A stretch of 52,655 nt of DNA, filler included, from Bipalium vagum (taxonomy: Eukaryota): NCBI GenBank assembly GCA_037834085.1. It is 3 parts of 3 records of this genome, joined end to end, with 100 filler letters (N's around TTAATTAATTAA, not from the genome) between each part and the next. Parts side by side here need not be neighbours in the genome. Positions count along the whole stretch, not along the records: positions 1 to 17,911 come from JBBMKC010046770.1; positions 18,012 to 36,638 come from JBBMKC010023769.1; 1 more part is not named here. The stretch is one strand, 5' to 3'. A program made the translations under genes and the position numbers. Below the pieces are notes generated by a model. The model had not been told where the DNA came from. It searched no databases and worked only from the letters and a program-made list of their open reading frames with translations. Below, in pieces: positions 13,412 to 24,440 of this stretch. The first letter of the stretch is position 1, and every line of letters starts with the position of its first letter.

Positions 13412-14742
13412 CGGTGATTAAAAACAAAATCTAAAAAATAGAAAATGAATTATTAAAATTGATTCATCGATTTTTTATATATTGAAAAATACACATTAGA
13501 GATTTTGAAAACCATGATAACAAACGACCAATCAAATCGACGGTAGCCATAGTTTCAAACTTTCAATTGGTTCTTTGACTTAGGACCAACTTCAAATGGA
13601 TTTTTAATAAACCATGAGTCAGGTGAACTGACTGACGATAAATTGTGTGTACCATTGTGTGCATTGAAAATATCCAGTATAAAGGTACAAAGAAAATAAA
13701 TAACAATTATGAGTAATAACTTTATTAGAACACAGAATTACAGAATCTGCTTTCAATTATGACAAAAAGGACAATTTATTTTTTAGAATATCATATATAC
13801 ATATGCTTTTCACCTGTAAATAATTCTCTATTACACTATAAACTAAATTTGTACTTTTACTTAAACTAACAAATGCAATTCTTGTTGAAATTTCGTAACT
13901 TGATAAATCGAATAAAAATTTCACAAAGAAAAAACAAAATTAATAAATAATTATTAAAATTAATGAAATGTTATAGAAAATATACATTAAAAACAGTAAC
14001 TGTTGGATGAATTGAACGGAAAATTGAAAACACATTCCACCAGTGAAATTTTAAAACATTTAAACAATTTTGAAAATTGTTTATTTAAACATTGAGAAAA
14101 GTGGAACAGAAAAACGGTAAAAACAAAATTAGAAATTTTAGTGGAAAATTAATTTTTTCATGGATTTTAAGAAATAACTTTTAAAAAAGCAAAAAATAAA
14201 CCAAATGGAAAAAATAGAAATGAATAAATTGATCAATTTACTTACACAAAAATTTAACGATTCCGTAATGAAACCAGTGTGTGGGACTGTCGTGGAAAAG
14301 ACAAAGAACAAGTTAATCACTCACTGGGTTCATCTGTCCAACTGATATTCTTACTACAAATGAACCAACTTGTAGGAAAATGAATAACAAAGAGGATTGC
14401 AAGTATCAAAAACTGTTACTAAATTTAGTAACAAAATTTACTCATTTACGGAATGAAATTTTTAGTGATAATAATGCTCAATTTTGAAATTATATATTAT
14501 AATTTTATACTTAATAATTATCCTATGGAAAATGGGAATTTTTTATTGATTAATTGGCTTATCGTTGAAAATACCTTGATAATTTCAGAATATTTTTCAA
14601 GTTTTTTAAAAATTTTTTAAATAATTAATTTTTCACTTTCAACAAATGACAAGGAAGACTTGAAATTAAAGAGTTTTATTCACGAGAAGATGTTGAAGCT
14701 TATTTCCATTAGCGATAATAAATGATAAAGATTTAAAATAAA

Positions 14743-14906
14743 TCAGATATTTTGACATCCATGGAAGATGTTTTTTTTATCTTCAATTATCTCGATTGAC
14801 ATACAATCAGTGGGATGAAGACAATCGAACGATGATACTGGTTTAGAACCATTATTCGTTTCTTTAAAAAAATGTATTTTATTTTTCGGTAATGATTCCG
14901 ACTTAT
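14743..14906 (-). CDS. Candidate terminal exon 3 of the Shisa-like gene
   Basis: Phase-1 compatible with the GTAAGA donor at 20149. Reads NKSESLPKNKIHFFKETNNGSKPVSSFDCLHPTDCMSIEIIEDKKNIFHGCQNI*. The AAG acceptor is weak and the exon lies across an assembly gap. Confidence 0.35.
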
Positions 14907-16139
14907 CTTTTAATTAATTCCTTGATTACAATCTTCTAAATAAGGATGAAAATAATTATTAATAATAATAATTTTTCAAGATAGACATCAGCTAGAAGAC
15001 TTTCGATATTTTGGTAACTGAAACACTTGTGTAAAGTTAGAAAACTGTCACTTCACGATGGTTACAACATATTCAAATGTTGTTTTTGGGACCATATCAA
15101 ATGTAAAACCTTGTCACCAATGTAAAATCGTTGCATAACTGTTTATCTTTCATTAATTACATAACTGATAATGATATGATCAGACTAATTGTTATTTCTA
15201 GCTCCAAAAAAACTGGCGCAACTTAAACATATCATGACACAATAACACAATTATAAGCACCTTTCAAGTCGAAAAACAGGGTTTGGTATAATAACCATAC
15301 AAAACGCTGTTATGTAAACAGTGATATTTTTATGTTAATATAATTTAACCCTCTTTCAACTAATATTAAATAATAATAATAGTTACTCAGAATGTTATCA
15401 AAATCAATTTCGTGGATTTTTTATTTACTCATTTTATTTTTATTTGAAAAAAAAGAATTTTAAAAATCGAAAAATAAAATAAGATAAAAATTATCAAAAA
15501 TATGTGTAAAATTAAATAATAAAATTCATAAAAGAATTACTATTTCAAAAACTTATTATATAGTATAATAAAAAAGGGAAATTAAAAATGTAATCAAGTT
15601 TTTTCATAAGCTAAACATTGAACAAATGCTCTGTAATAGTCAGCACTAGAACAAAGACTTTTCCGACAACCATAGAAACCAATGATTCAGATAAATTGAA
15701 TCGAATTGACATATTTTCTGTCTAACATTTCCCATGAAATGGATTGGAAACCAGGTATATAAACCTATAATTTTGTATTACAAGTCGATCACAGCAAAAT
15801 TGACCAATGGTATTGAGTCATTAATTAATTTATGCAAATATTGTTTTAATAAATTTTTAATTACATTTAATAATTAACCAACAACCCATTGCACAAAATG
15901 AGATGAAATCCATAAAACTTTTATAAAGATTAGTGGTCAATATATGTAAATTAAAATTTCTTAATCTGAGGGACATTAGTTAAAATAATTTCAGTGTATG
16001 TTATTAATCTGTATATTTTTTCATATACACAATTTTTATATTTGTTATGCTTTATATTACTATGAAACCTGTTGGTAAAACTTAGGTCTTAAATTTACTG
16101 ACCATTTCACTTATGTTGGGTTTGCCAAAGAAACAAACC

Positions 16140-17150
16140 GTAATAATAATATTAATTAAAAGTAAAACTTAAAATTTTGAAAAATTACTGAAGGTAATAT
16201 ATCAAAATCTCGTCCTCGAGACTTTGATATATAAGGGCAATTTAATTTTAAATTTAAGAATACATCCCGTCGTCGGGATAATAAATTATTATTATTTTTA
16301 AATATTTAACAAACTTTTTCTCGGTGTGAGATAAGCTTAGGGTAGTCTCAAAGTGTAGGGATTAGTGATCTTATACCAATCTCTATGTCTATATAAAGAG
16401 ACGGCTATTCCCAGAAATTATCCCAGAAATAGTATATTTATTCGCAGACGATTGTTACTGAAGATATTTCGCAGAAGAGAAAACCATTGATATCCAAGAT
16501 AATTCACCGAGGAGAAGATCATCATTCAAACAGTATTCTCATTTATTCACATTGGTGACGAGGAAACAAGATTATACAAGGGAACCCAGCGAGTTTGGGA
16601 ATCCCCAGGGGACCTGAAAAGGACCTAGAGGACGCCCCCGGGACTACTTGTCACTCTGGGTGAGAGTATTATTGAATTTTTTTGTTTCTTTTTTTCTTGT
16701 TTTAATAATAATAATTCATATTAAACTTTGGTGTTAATTTTCATATAGTGTATTTTGCCTTTAACTACATATTATTTCATTTGATTCGACATTTTCCCAT
16801 ATTATTCTTAGCGGAAAATTGATTAATTTTGTGATAATGACTTAACAGGCGTTTGATTCTTCTGTATATTGATCGGGATTTTGTTGTACGACATTTGAAT
16901 ATTTAATGTTTTATTGTTAAGGTGTAAATAATGTTTTATTGTGTAGTTTTGATTCAAATTTGAGTTTTAAATTTGAGTAGCTATAATAGTAAAAACGAGA
17001 AAAACATTGGAAACTGAGGAGTTATTGATTTACGAACGAAAGTTACTACTTTGATAATGTATAATAGTAACACTTATGTCAATAACGGTGTCGAAATTAA
17101 TGGAATTAGAACGATCACAATAAACTTTATTTTGTTAACATAAATATGTA
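16140..17150 (+). mobile_element. LTR-like repeat family X, copy 1
   Basis: TATATAAAGAGACGGCTATTC at 16390, GC-rich stem-loop 16576-16651, GTGAG at 16660, then a T-rich tail. Homologous to 17240-17911 and 21641-22697. Right end approximate. Confidence 0.55.
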
Positions 17151-17239
17151 TATTGGGTTCTGTGGATAATAATAGTGATAATAAATGATAATAATGATGA
17201 TAATTAATAATAATAATTTTAATAATAATAGAAATATTT

Positions 17240-17911
17240 TTTTTAAGAAAAGAAAATCATTAATAAATTAGCTCCATCGTCGGAGTGTTAAAAAGGAATA
17301 TTTTAATAAAAATTTCATTTTAATTTAGCTCCATCGTCGGAGCGATGAAATTTGTTTCAATTCTGTCTCGGCGTGGAGATTAGGAGCCATTCTAGATAAC
17401 AGTCGTCCGGAATCGTCATTCGAGAGGGCAGATTGGTGATCGTATTCAATCTCCACACTTATAAAGAGACGGCTATTCCGAGAAATTGGCCCACAAACAA
17501 AATTGCAGAACAAACTTTCTAGCGACGTTTTCAAAGAAACAGATTTTAGAGAAACGAACTTCAAAACAAATTTCAGAAGGACAATTTGACGGACGATTCC
17601 AGACGATTTGACTCGATTTTCCGGAGCACCCGACAGCAACTCAAAGACTCCCGTTTTTTTCCAAGTGAATATGCTTTCGCAAGAGAATTTTACAGTGGGT
17701 CTCGTAGAGTTCGGGACTCCCTAGGCAACCTGAAAATGGTCTAGTGAACGACCCGGAGACCTGTTGTCGCTCCAAGTGAGACTGATCCGTTTTGCGCTAT
17801 TTTGTTTTTGCTATTGTTAAGATCCATAGAAAATGAGGTCCCAGCACCAGCCAACAACAATTTTAAAGAAAAAGAGCAAGAGCTTATGGAGGCTGATTCT
17901 CCAAAGCTCAT
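17240..17911 (+). mobile_element. LTR-like repeat family X, copy 2 (truncated by gap)
   Basis: TATAAAGAGACGGCTATTCC at 17460, stem-loop 17692-17767, GTGAG at 17776. Confidence 0.55.
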
Positions 17912-18011
17912 NNNNNNNNNNNNNNNNNNNNNNNNNNNNNNNNNNNNNNNNNNNNTTAATTAATTAANNNNNNNNNNNNNNNNNNNNNNNNNNNNNNNNN
18001 NNNNNNNNNNN
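17912..18011. other. Assembly gap with TTAATTAATTAA spacer
   Basis: 44 N + TTAATTAATTAA (stops in all six frames) + 44 N. Confidence 0.98.
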
Positions 18012-18626
18012 GATTTGCAAAGATTGGGAAGACCGTGCCAAACCAGAAATAAAGATGTTATTGAACGAGTACGAAAGAGTATTGCGGATTACCCAGAAAC
18101 ATCAACTCGAAGACGTTCTTTGCAATTAGGCATTTCTCGAAAATTCTTACAACGAATTCTGGTAAACAACGAATTCTGAACTAAAACTGTTTAAATACAA
18201 AATTCAAATTATGCAATATTTGAAGCAGGTAGACCAATAACAAAGATTAACCTATGTCCGGAAATTTCAAGAAATTCGACATTCAACTGGCCTCATTCAC
18301 CAGATTTATCAGCACCAAATTATTTTCTTTGGTGGTATCTGAAGGATAAAGTTTATATTAATAAGCCAAAGTCTATTCAACAATTAAAGAACAATATTCG
18401 TGACGAAATTAAAGAAATAAACCCGGAAGTTTTTGCAGGTGTCATGGAAAACTCTATAAAAAGAGCCAAATTTTGTGAGGCAGAAAGTGAACATAATTTT
18501 CAAAATCTAGTTTAAAAAAATCTCCGTGAATAATTGTTTATGTATAATATTCAAAATAAATAATTGTGTGGAATATTTACTTTTTACTATTATTTAAAAT
18601 CATTAGGTTACTTTTGAGCCACCCTG
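18012..18626 (+). mobile_element. Tc1/mariner relic (rosa/DD41D-like), internally deleted
   Basis: Reads IERVRKSIADYPETSTRRRSLQLGISR and WPHSPDLSAPNYFLWWYLKDKVY. Right TIR is the reverse complement of CAGGGTGGCTCAAAAGTAAC, followed by TA. Confidence 0.8.
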
Positions 18627-18699
18627 TAGAAATAAAAAATTTCAAAGAAATTTCAAAAGTTCAGACTAAAAGGAATTTAATTACCAACCTTTTAAAGAA

Positions 18700-19394
18700 T
18701 CCTTGGCAGTAAGTAGAACTGTAAGTAGACGACTTTGTAAAAATAAATTATGTGTGTAATCAACTGCAAGGAAACCGAAACTGAATCAAAGAAGGAAGAT
18801 CAAAGAAGTGAGTGGGCTCTCAATCACTGACATTAGATAATGGATGACTAATCTACCATTGCCATAAGTAATGAGAGTAACTTTTCATTAAGAAATGATG
18901 TACAGGAGAACTGTATGCTGAAGAATGTCAGCTTAATCATGTGTATGAAGCAGGAGCAATTGTATGATTTGGGGTGCTTTCTCTGTGAATGACTATACAC
19001 CACTTTATCTGGTTAAAGGTGAAACGATGAATTCAAAAAGGTTCCAACAATTTCTTAAAACTGGATAACTGACATTTATATGCAAAATTAGTATAAGTCC
19101 AGATATAGACCCAATCGAAAATGTATGGTTTAGTATAGTATAGTCGTATGGAGTAGGCTCTGAAACGAGATTATCAGCTGCCAACTGACAGTAATCAATT
19201 TTTCTCTACATTGGAAAAAATATAGAATGACTTAATGAGAAAACACAGTATCGCTTTTTTATTTGAATCCTTGATTGACAATGTTAACACTGTATAAAAT
19301 TTGTATGGGTATAACAAGATATTAGTTTGTGTTCATTTCATAAAATGACATTTTTTGTATTTAAACAAGTGTGTACTTTTCATTGTCCATGCTG
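18700..19394 (+). mobile_element. Tc1-like relic
   Basis: SPDIDPIENVWF motif at ~19095-19130; TIR-like end ...TTTTCATTGTCCATGCTG|TA. Confidence 0.6.
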
Positions 19395-19459
19395 TAATAT
19401 ATAAAATATGACATCTATGAACAATTATAATCGTTTTGAATATATTAAAAGAATTTATT

Positions 19460-19740
19460 TATTAATATTAAAAACCGGAATCTAATCAACAAAATAGCTT
19501 CCGTTCTTTTCAATTACTTTCAACCATCGTTCAGGTAAAATCTTCATTCCGCTCCTGCAGAATTCTGATGATTTTGATCCAAAAATGATGTCAGTGTGTC
19601 TTTGAAACTCTTCATTATTGAATCGTTTGCCAGCATGACAATTTTGAAAAGAACAAAATAAATGGTAATCGTAAAGAACAATATCAAGAAAAGAACTGGG
19701 TTGAGGCATAACTTCCAATCCTAACTCAAATAATTTTAGC
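19460..19740 (-). mobile_element. mariner transposase C-terminal relic
   Basis: Reads LFELGLEVMPQPSSFLDIVLYDYHLFCSFQN...FCRSGMKILPERWLKVIEKNGSYFVD. Confidence 0.85.
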
Positions 19741-20132
19741 TTGTTGAAACAAATAATAAAAGAAATGAAACAAATTTCTCATTCGACGTTAGTTGACATT
19801 TTTGTTTATTTTGTATACTTTTTGATTTGTACCTCAAGGCTGATGGACAACATTTTTAATTGTAAAATAAACATTGGATATCTTTGTTTAGTAATTCGTT
19901 ATTAATTTTTTGTTTATGAAACTATCTTATGTTACAAAAATTTAAAATAGCGAAGAGGATTTAGGTTCACCCTATATATACTACTGACTAATTCAATTGA
20001 CTGAAAAATAAATATAACAAAATTCTTTTACTTTTTTTTAAATGTGTTTAAATCGTGGAATTAAAGGAAAAACAAAAAAAATTTAAATTTTTAGTTATCT
20101 CATTCATCTAAATAATAAAGTATTAAAAACTA

Positions 20133-20286
20133 CTAAGAAATATTCTTACTATTTCCAAATGAGCAAATTGGGCACTCATGATAGCATTTATCACAAGCTC
20201 TGAACAACTGTATTGTATATCCCAACGCTAAAATAACCAAAATTACCACAATTACTGCAACAGCAATACCCCATTTGAATCCCGGA
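20133..20286 (-). CDS. Shisa-like protein exon 2 (transmembrane helix + Cys-rich juxtamembrane segment)
   Basis: Acceptor TTATACAG|T, phase 2, matches the exon 1 donor. Reads (T)PGFKWGIAVAVIVVILVILALGYTIQLFRACDKCYHECPICSFGNSKNIS*. An internal GTAAGA donor sits at 20149. Confidence 0.75.
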
Positions 20287-20751
20287 CTGTATAATTTGAA
20301 TTATATATATAAATAATAACCGAAATATAAAGTTATAGCTTATTTGTTAACATATAATAATTAGAAAATTTTTATTATAAGTTATAAAAAATAATATTAC
20401 TAAATGAACATTCAAAAATAAAATTATTACTAAAAAAGAAATTACATTTTAATTTATTAATAAACATAATTTTATAATATTGAAAATATTGTTTTTTGAA
20501 ATTATAGGCATACATTTTTATCAATTCTTTTTCGAATTTCTTTTCTTAGATCATTAATAATTTTTGGCTTATTGATAATATGGTTTTCAAATTGAAAGTT
20601 CGTTTTTTTAATAATATTTAATACCGTTGTTTTACTATTAATTATATCGATCATAATATGAAAAACTTAAATTCAATTTAAAATCAAATATCAATGGCAA
20701 GTATAAAAAATAATTTTAAAAATTCGTTTTAAAAATATTTAAAATTTAGAA

Positions 20752-21508
20752 ATGTATAAAAATTTCCTAAATTACGCTCATATTCGTCATCGTATGCTGT
20801 GTAGGTTTAAACGGGATCAAATGCCACCAAAAATATCAACAATGCTTGATGTTCGCATTTGCAAAAAATGGTTCTACCGGTCTCAGTATGGAGATAAAAC
20901 ACTGTGGTATCGACAAGCTGTGGTGGATAATAATATGTTAAAGGCTATCATCGAAACAGATCCTAGACCATCAGAAGAATTGCCTATTCTATTAAACTGT
21001 AGTGTCAGCAGTGTATGGAACTACATAAAAGATATATGCAAAAGCAATAGGTGTGGTGTTTAGGCTTCTCGTGACTTAACCCCAGAACAGAAGAATAGTC
21101 GAGTTCAGATCTGTCATTCATTATTCATTTGATATTTAAAGGAATCATTCTTCAAATGGCTTGTGACAGGAGTTTTAAATGGATAATGTATGAGAATCCA
21201 CACAACAAAAAACAGTGGTTATCTTCACCCCAAACCCCTTATCAGTCGTGAAAGTAGCACTTCATTCAAAGAAGGTCTTATTGAGTGTCTTCTGTGATTG
21301 CAAAGGAGTAATAATTCACTTTGAATTATTGGAAATGGGTCAAACAACAAATTCCGATGTATACTGTAAAATTCTTGACCGTTTGAGAGATGCATTAATT
21401 TTGAAACGTCTTGCATTGATCAAAAATGTCAAAATAATTTTTTATCACAACTGGGCTAGGCCACACACTGCAAAAGTGACGCAGCAATGCCAACATATAT
21501 GTGTATAG
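20752..21508 (+). mobile_element. mariner transposase relic
   Basis: Reads HIRHRML..CKKWFYR, LVTG..KWIMYEN, LHSKKVLLSVFCDCKGVIIHFELL and FYHNWARPHTAK. Confidence 0.9.
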
Positions 21509-21640
21509 CCCAGAAATACCGTTGCACTGAATACACTAACTCAATTTTATTTAGTAAATGAACCATTGTAATATGTAAACCAAAAGTAACATATACTCAT
21601 CGTCAAAAGTCTTAGGCATGTGAAATTTAATATAATTTAT

Positions 21641-22697
21641 TGAGACGGCTCAAGGCACCGAAAAATAATAATAATAACATTAATTAAATTTTTAAAACTT
21701 CTAAAAGGTTGGGAATGAATTTTAATTATTTTTGAAACGAACCACCATAGTCCCGATGTATTGACTTTGAAGAAAAATTTATAATAAAAATTAAACTCCG
21801 TTGTCGGAGTTATTTTTGACACAGCATATCCGTTTTTGTCTCGGCGTGGAGACAGAGTTGGGAATTTTAGGCTATTTTTGGAAATAGCCTTAACGAGTCG
21901 TGGGGATCGTCCCCTCGACTATATAAAGAGACTGATATTCTCATACAGTGCCCAATATTAAAAGAATTTTTGAAGCTACTCGTGACGATTTAAAGATTTA
22001 AAGCATTTACAAGAGGATCGAGATTTTAGCCGAAGAAGAAAGCATACCATTTGTGGAAGACAAGGACAAGACAGGAATCATTCAACGACGACCACGGAGA
22101 TTGGAGTAATTTTTTTCTTTTGCCACAATATGCCAATGGAACAAGATTTTTACAAGGGGACTCAACGAGCTTGGGAATTTCTAGGCGATAAGAAAATGAC
22201 CTAGTGGACCCAAGGACCCCTTGTCGCTCTGGGTGAGGTAATTTTAATTTTATTTTAATTGATTTTACTCTGTTTGTTTTTGAGATTAATATTGATTTAA
22301 TATTTTCTTTTGAATATCATAACTTATTTTAACATTCGTTTACATTGACTTGAGTTTTCAAACAGTTAATCAGTGTTGGTTTTTGTGTGGAATTGATTTA
22401 AATTGTGATTTTTGGTGGTTTATGTGTCTATTATAAAGTTTTATTGTGATTTGCTTGGATTCAATCAGGGTGCGGATAGGGTATTATTGTGGGTTTTTTG
22501 ATTCAGTAGATAAAATTTTATTGTGAGGATTTTTATTCAAGCTGAGACTACCCAAGTTACGAGCAGAAAATTAAAAATTTGACGGTGAGATTTTGATATA
22601 TTACTTTTGGTAATATTTGTTTTAATATTAGAAAAGTTTTTTAATTAATATTATTATTTTCATTATTATTATTAATCTTATTATTATATTAGTCACC
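21641..22697 (+). mobile_element. LTR-like repeat family X, copy 3 (apparently full length, ~1.05 kb)
   Basis: Starts TGAGACGG and ends near GTCACCA. TATATAAAGAGAC at 21920, stem-loop 22152-22224, GTGAG at 22233. The AT-rich ends are imperfect inverted repeats. Confidence 0.6.
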
Positions 22698-23079
22698 AAA
22701 TTTGGGTTTGTGCATTTGACAAACCCATCAGAATGAACTAACTCGTGAAGAATGTTCTTGTTTAATTGAATCGATGTTGAAAAGGATCAATGAATTCGCA
22801 TCAAAAAAGGAGGTCACATTTTTATGAATGCTTGTGAAATTTTTTTGTGAAAATGTTGATTGTTGATTAATAAATTTTACCTGCCTAAGACTTTTGAGTA
22901 TATTAAGCTGTAAAGAAATTAATGGCGGTTTTATGACTTCATTTTTCATTATGAATTGTTAATTTTGTTTTGATCAGAAAGTTTTGTACGTTTTTTGTAC
23001 ATTCATTTTAAAATAACATAAGTCAGCTGAAACAAAAGGTTTATTGATTAAAATAAAATCCATGAGCGTTTACACACTT

Positions 23080-24020
23080 TTGCCAACGAATTAGTAGATT
23101 TTTCATTCCTATGCGATTGAATTCGGTAGACCTGGATGCAATGAACTGTTCTAATTCCCTTTTTAGCATTTTATTGTTCTGAAATCTGTTTTAATTTAAA
23201 TAATTTTGTAAATGTTTGAATAAATGGAAATAAGGTGGCGATTTGGGTGGATGCGGAAGAATTTCATAATTTATACTTTTTAGCTTATCCGTGATTTTCT
23301 TTGCTATGTGCGAACGGACATGGTCATGCAATAGCATTGGGCCTTTCTATTGATCAATTTTGTGTACATTCTTTTCAACTTTTCTTGCATAATATCAATT
23401 TCTCTGCTGTTATTATTTCTCCCTTTTCCAGATAATCGTAATGAATCACTACTTTTGAACGCCACCATATCGTAACCATTATTTTTTTCGTGTTGAATCG
23501 GTTTTGGAAAGGGCTTATGACATTTACAGATGTCTAACCACTGTGCTGAACGTTTAATATTGCTATATAGCAACCACGTTTCATCACACCTAATCACACG
23601 ATGAAAAAATAACTCGTTTTTAATCCTCAAAATGAGTTTTTATGGTTAGCTCATGTGGGACCAACATGTTCAGCTTCTTTGTTTTTTCTATTTGCTTCAT
23701 ATGACTGGAAACGGTTCCAATACTGACATCTAGACTTTCAGCAAATTTTCTTTTTGTTGTACGTATATCCTCTTCCACCAGAGCCTTCAAAACCTTGTCA
23801 TTGCGTTTGGAAGGATAGCCAATTCGATGAGCTTCTTCAAGGGATAAATTTCCATTACGGAACCTCTGGTACCAAGTTCGTACTGTTGACTGATTTACAG
23901 TAGCATGACCCCAAACTTTAATAACTTTTCGATCAGTTTTAGCTGCATTTTAACGAGTCGAATCTCATAAAAATAAATTTGGCAAAAATCGTGACAAAAA
24001 ATTCTACATACAAATGGGAA
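23080..24020 (-). mobile_element. mariner transposase relic, near full length
   Basis: Reads TVRTWYQRFRNGNLSLEE, LVPHEL, FFHRVIRCDETWLLYSNIKRSAQWLD and PPYFHLFKHLQNYL. Confidence 0.9.
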
Positions 24021-24169
24021 AAGGTAGTCAATTTTTAATTTAAAAGCAAAACAAATTATTACTTTATAGAACACAATATATGGGTTTTTAAATGTTATAT
24101 AAAATTAAATAATCTTTAAATAAGTTATTTGAATTATTTATAATTTTAAACAAAAAACGTTTTTAAACA

Positions 24170-24440
24170 AAAAAGGTTTGTCAGCTATGACTGTTTCCAG
24201 CCATGTTTGAGAAATAGGAAAGTCAAAGAAAATTGATAAATGAGTTCCACACGATTTGACAAAAACCAAAAGTGGTTTCGTTTTGATGTGTCATCAACAC
24301 AACAAAAGGGATCCTGTACAAGAACCCAAACCGTTCTCAACAGTGGTTAAATCGACATGAACCTCCTAAACCAAATTTATACTAACAAAAGGTTTTTTTG
24401 ACTATTTGATGACGTTACACTGATTGATCCACTATAAAGT
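24170..24440 (+). mobile_element. mariner fragment
   Basis: Reads TVSSHV*EIGKSKKIDK*VPHDLTK (the WVPHEL motif). Confidence 0.65.
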
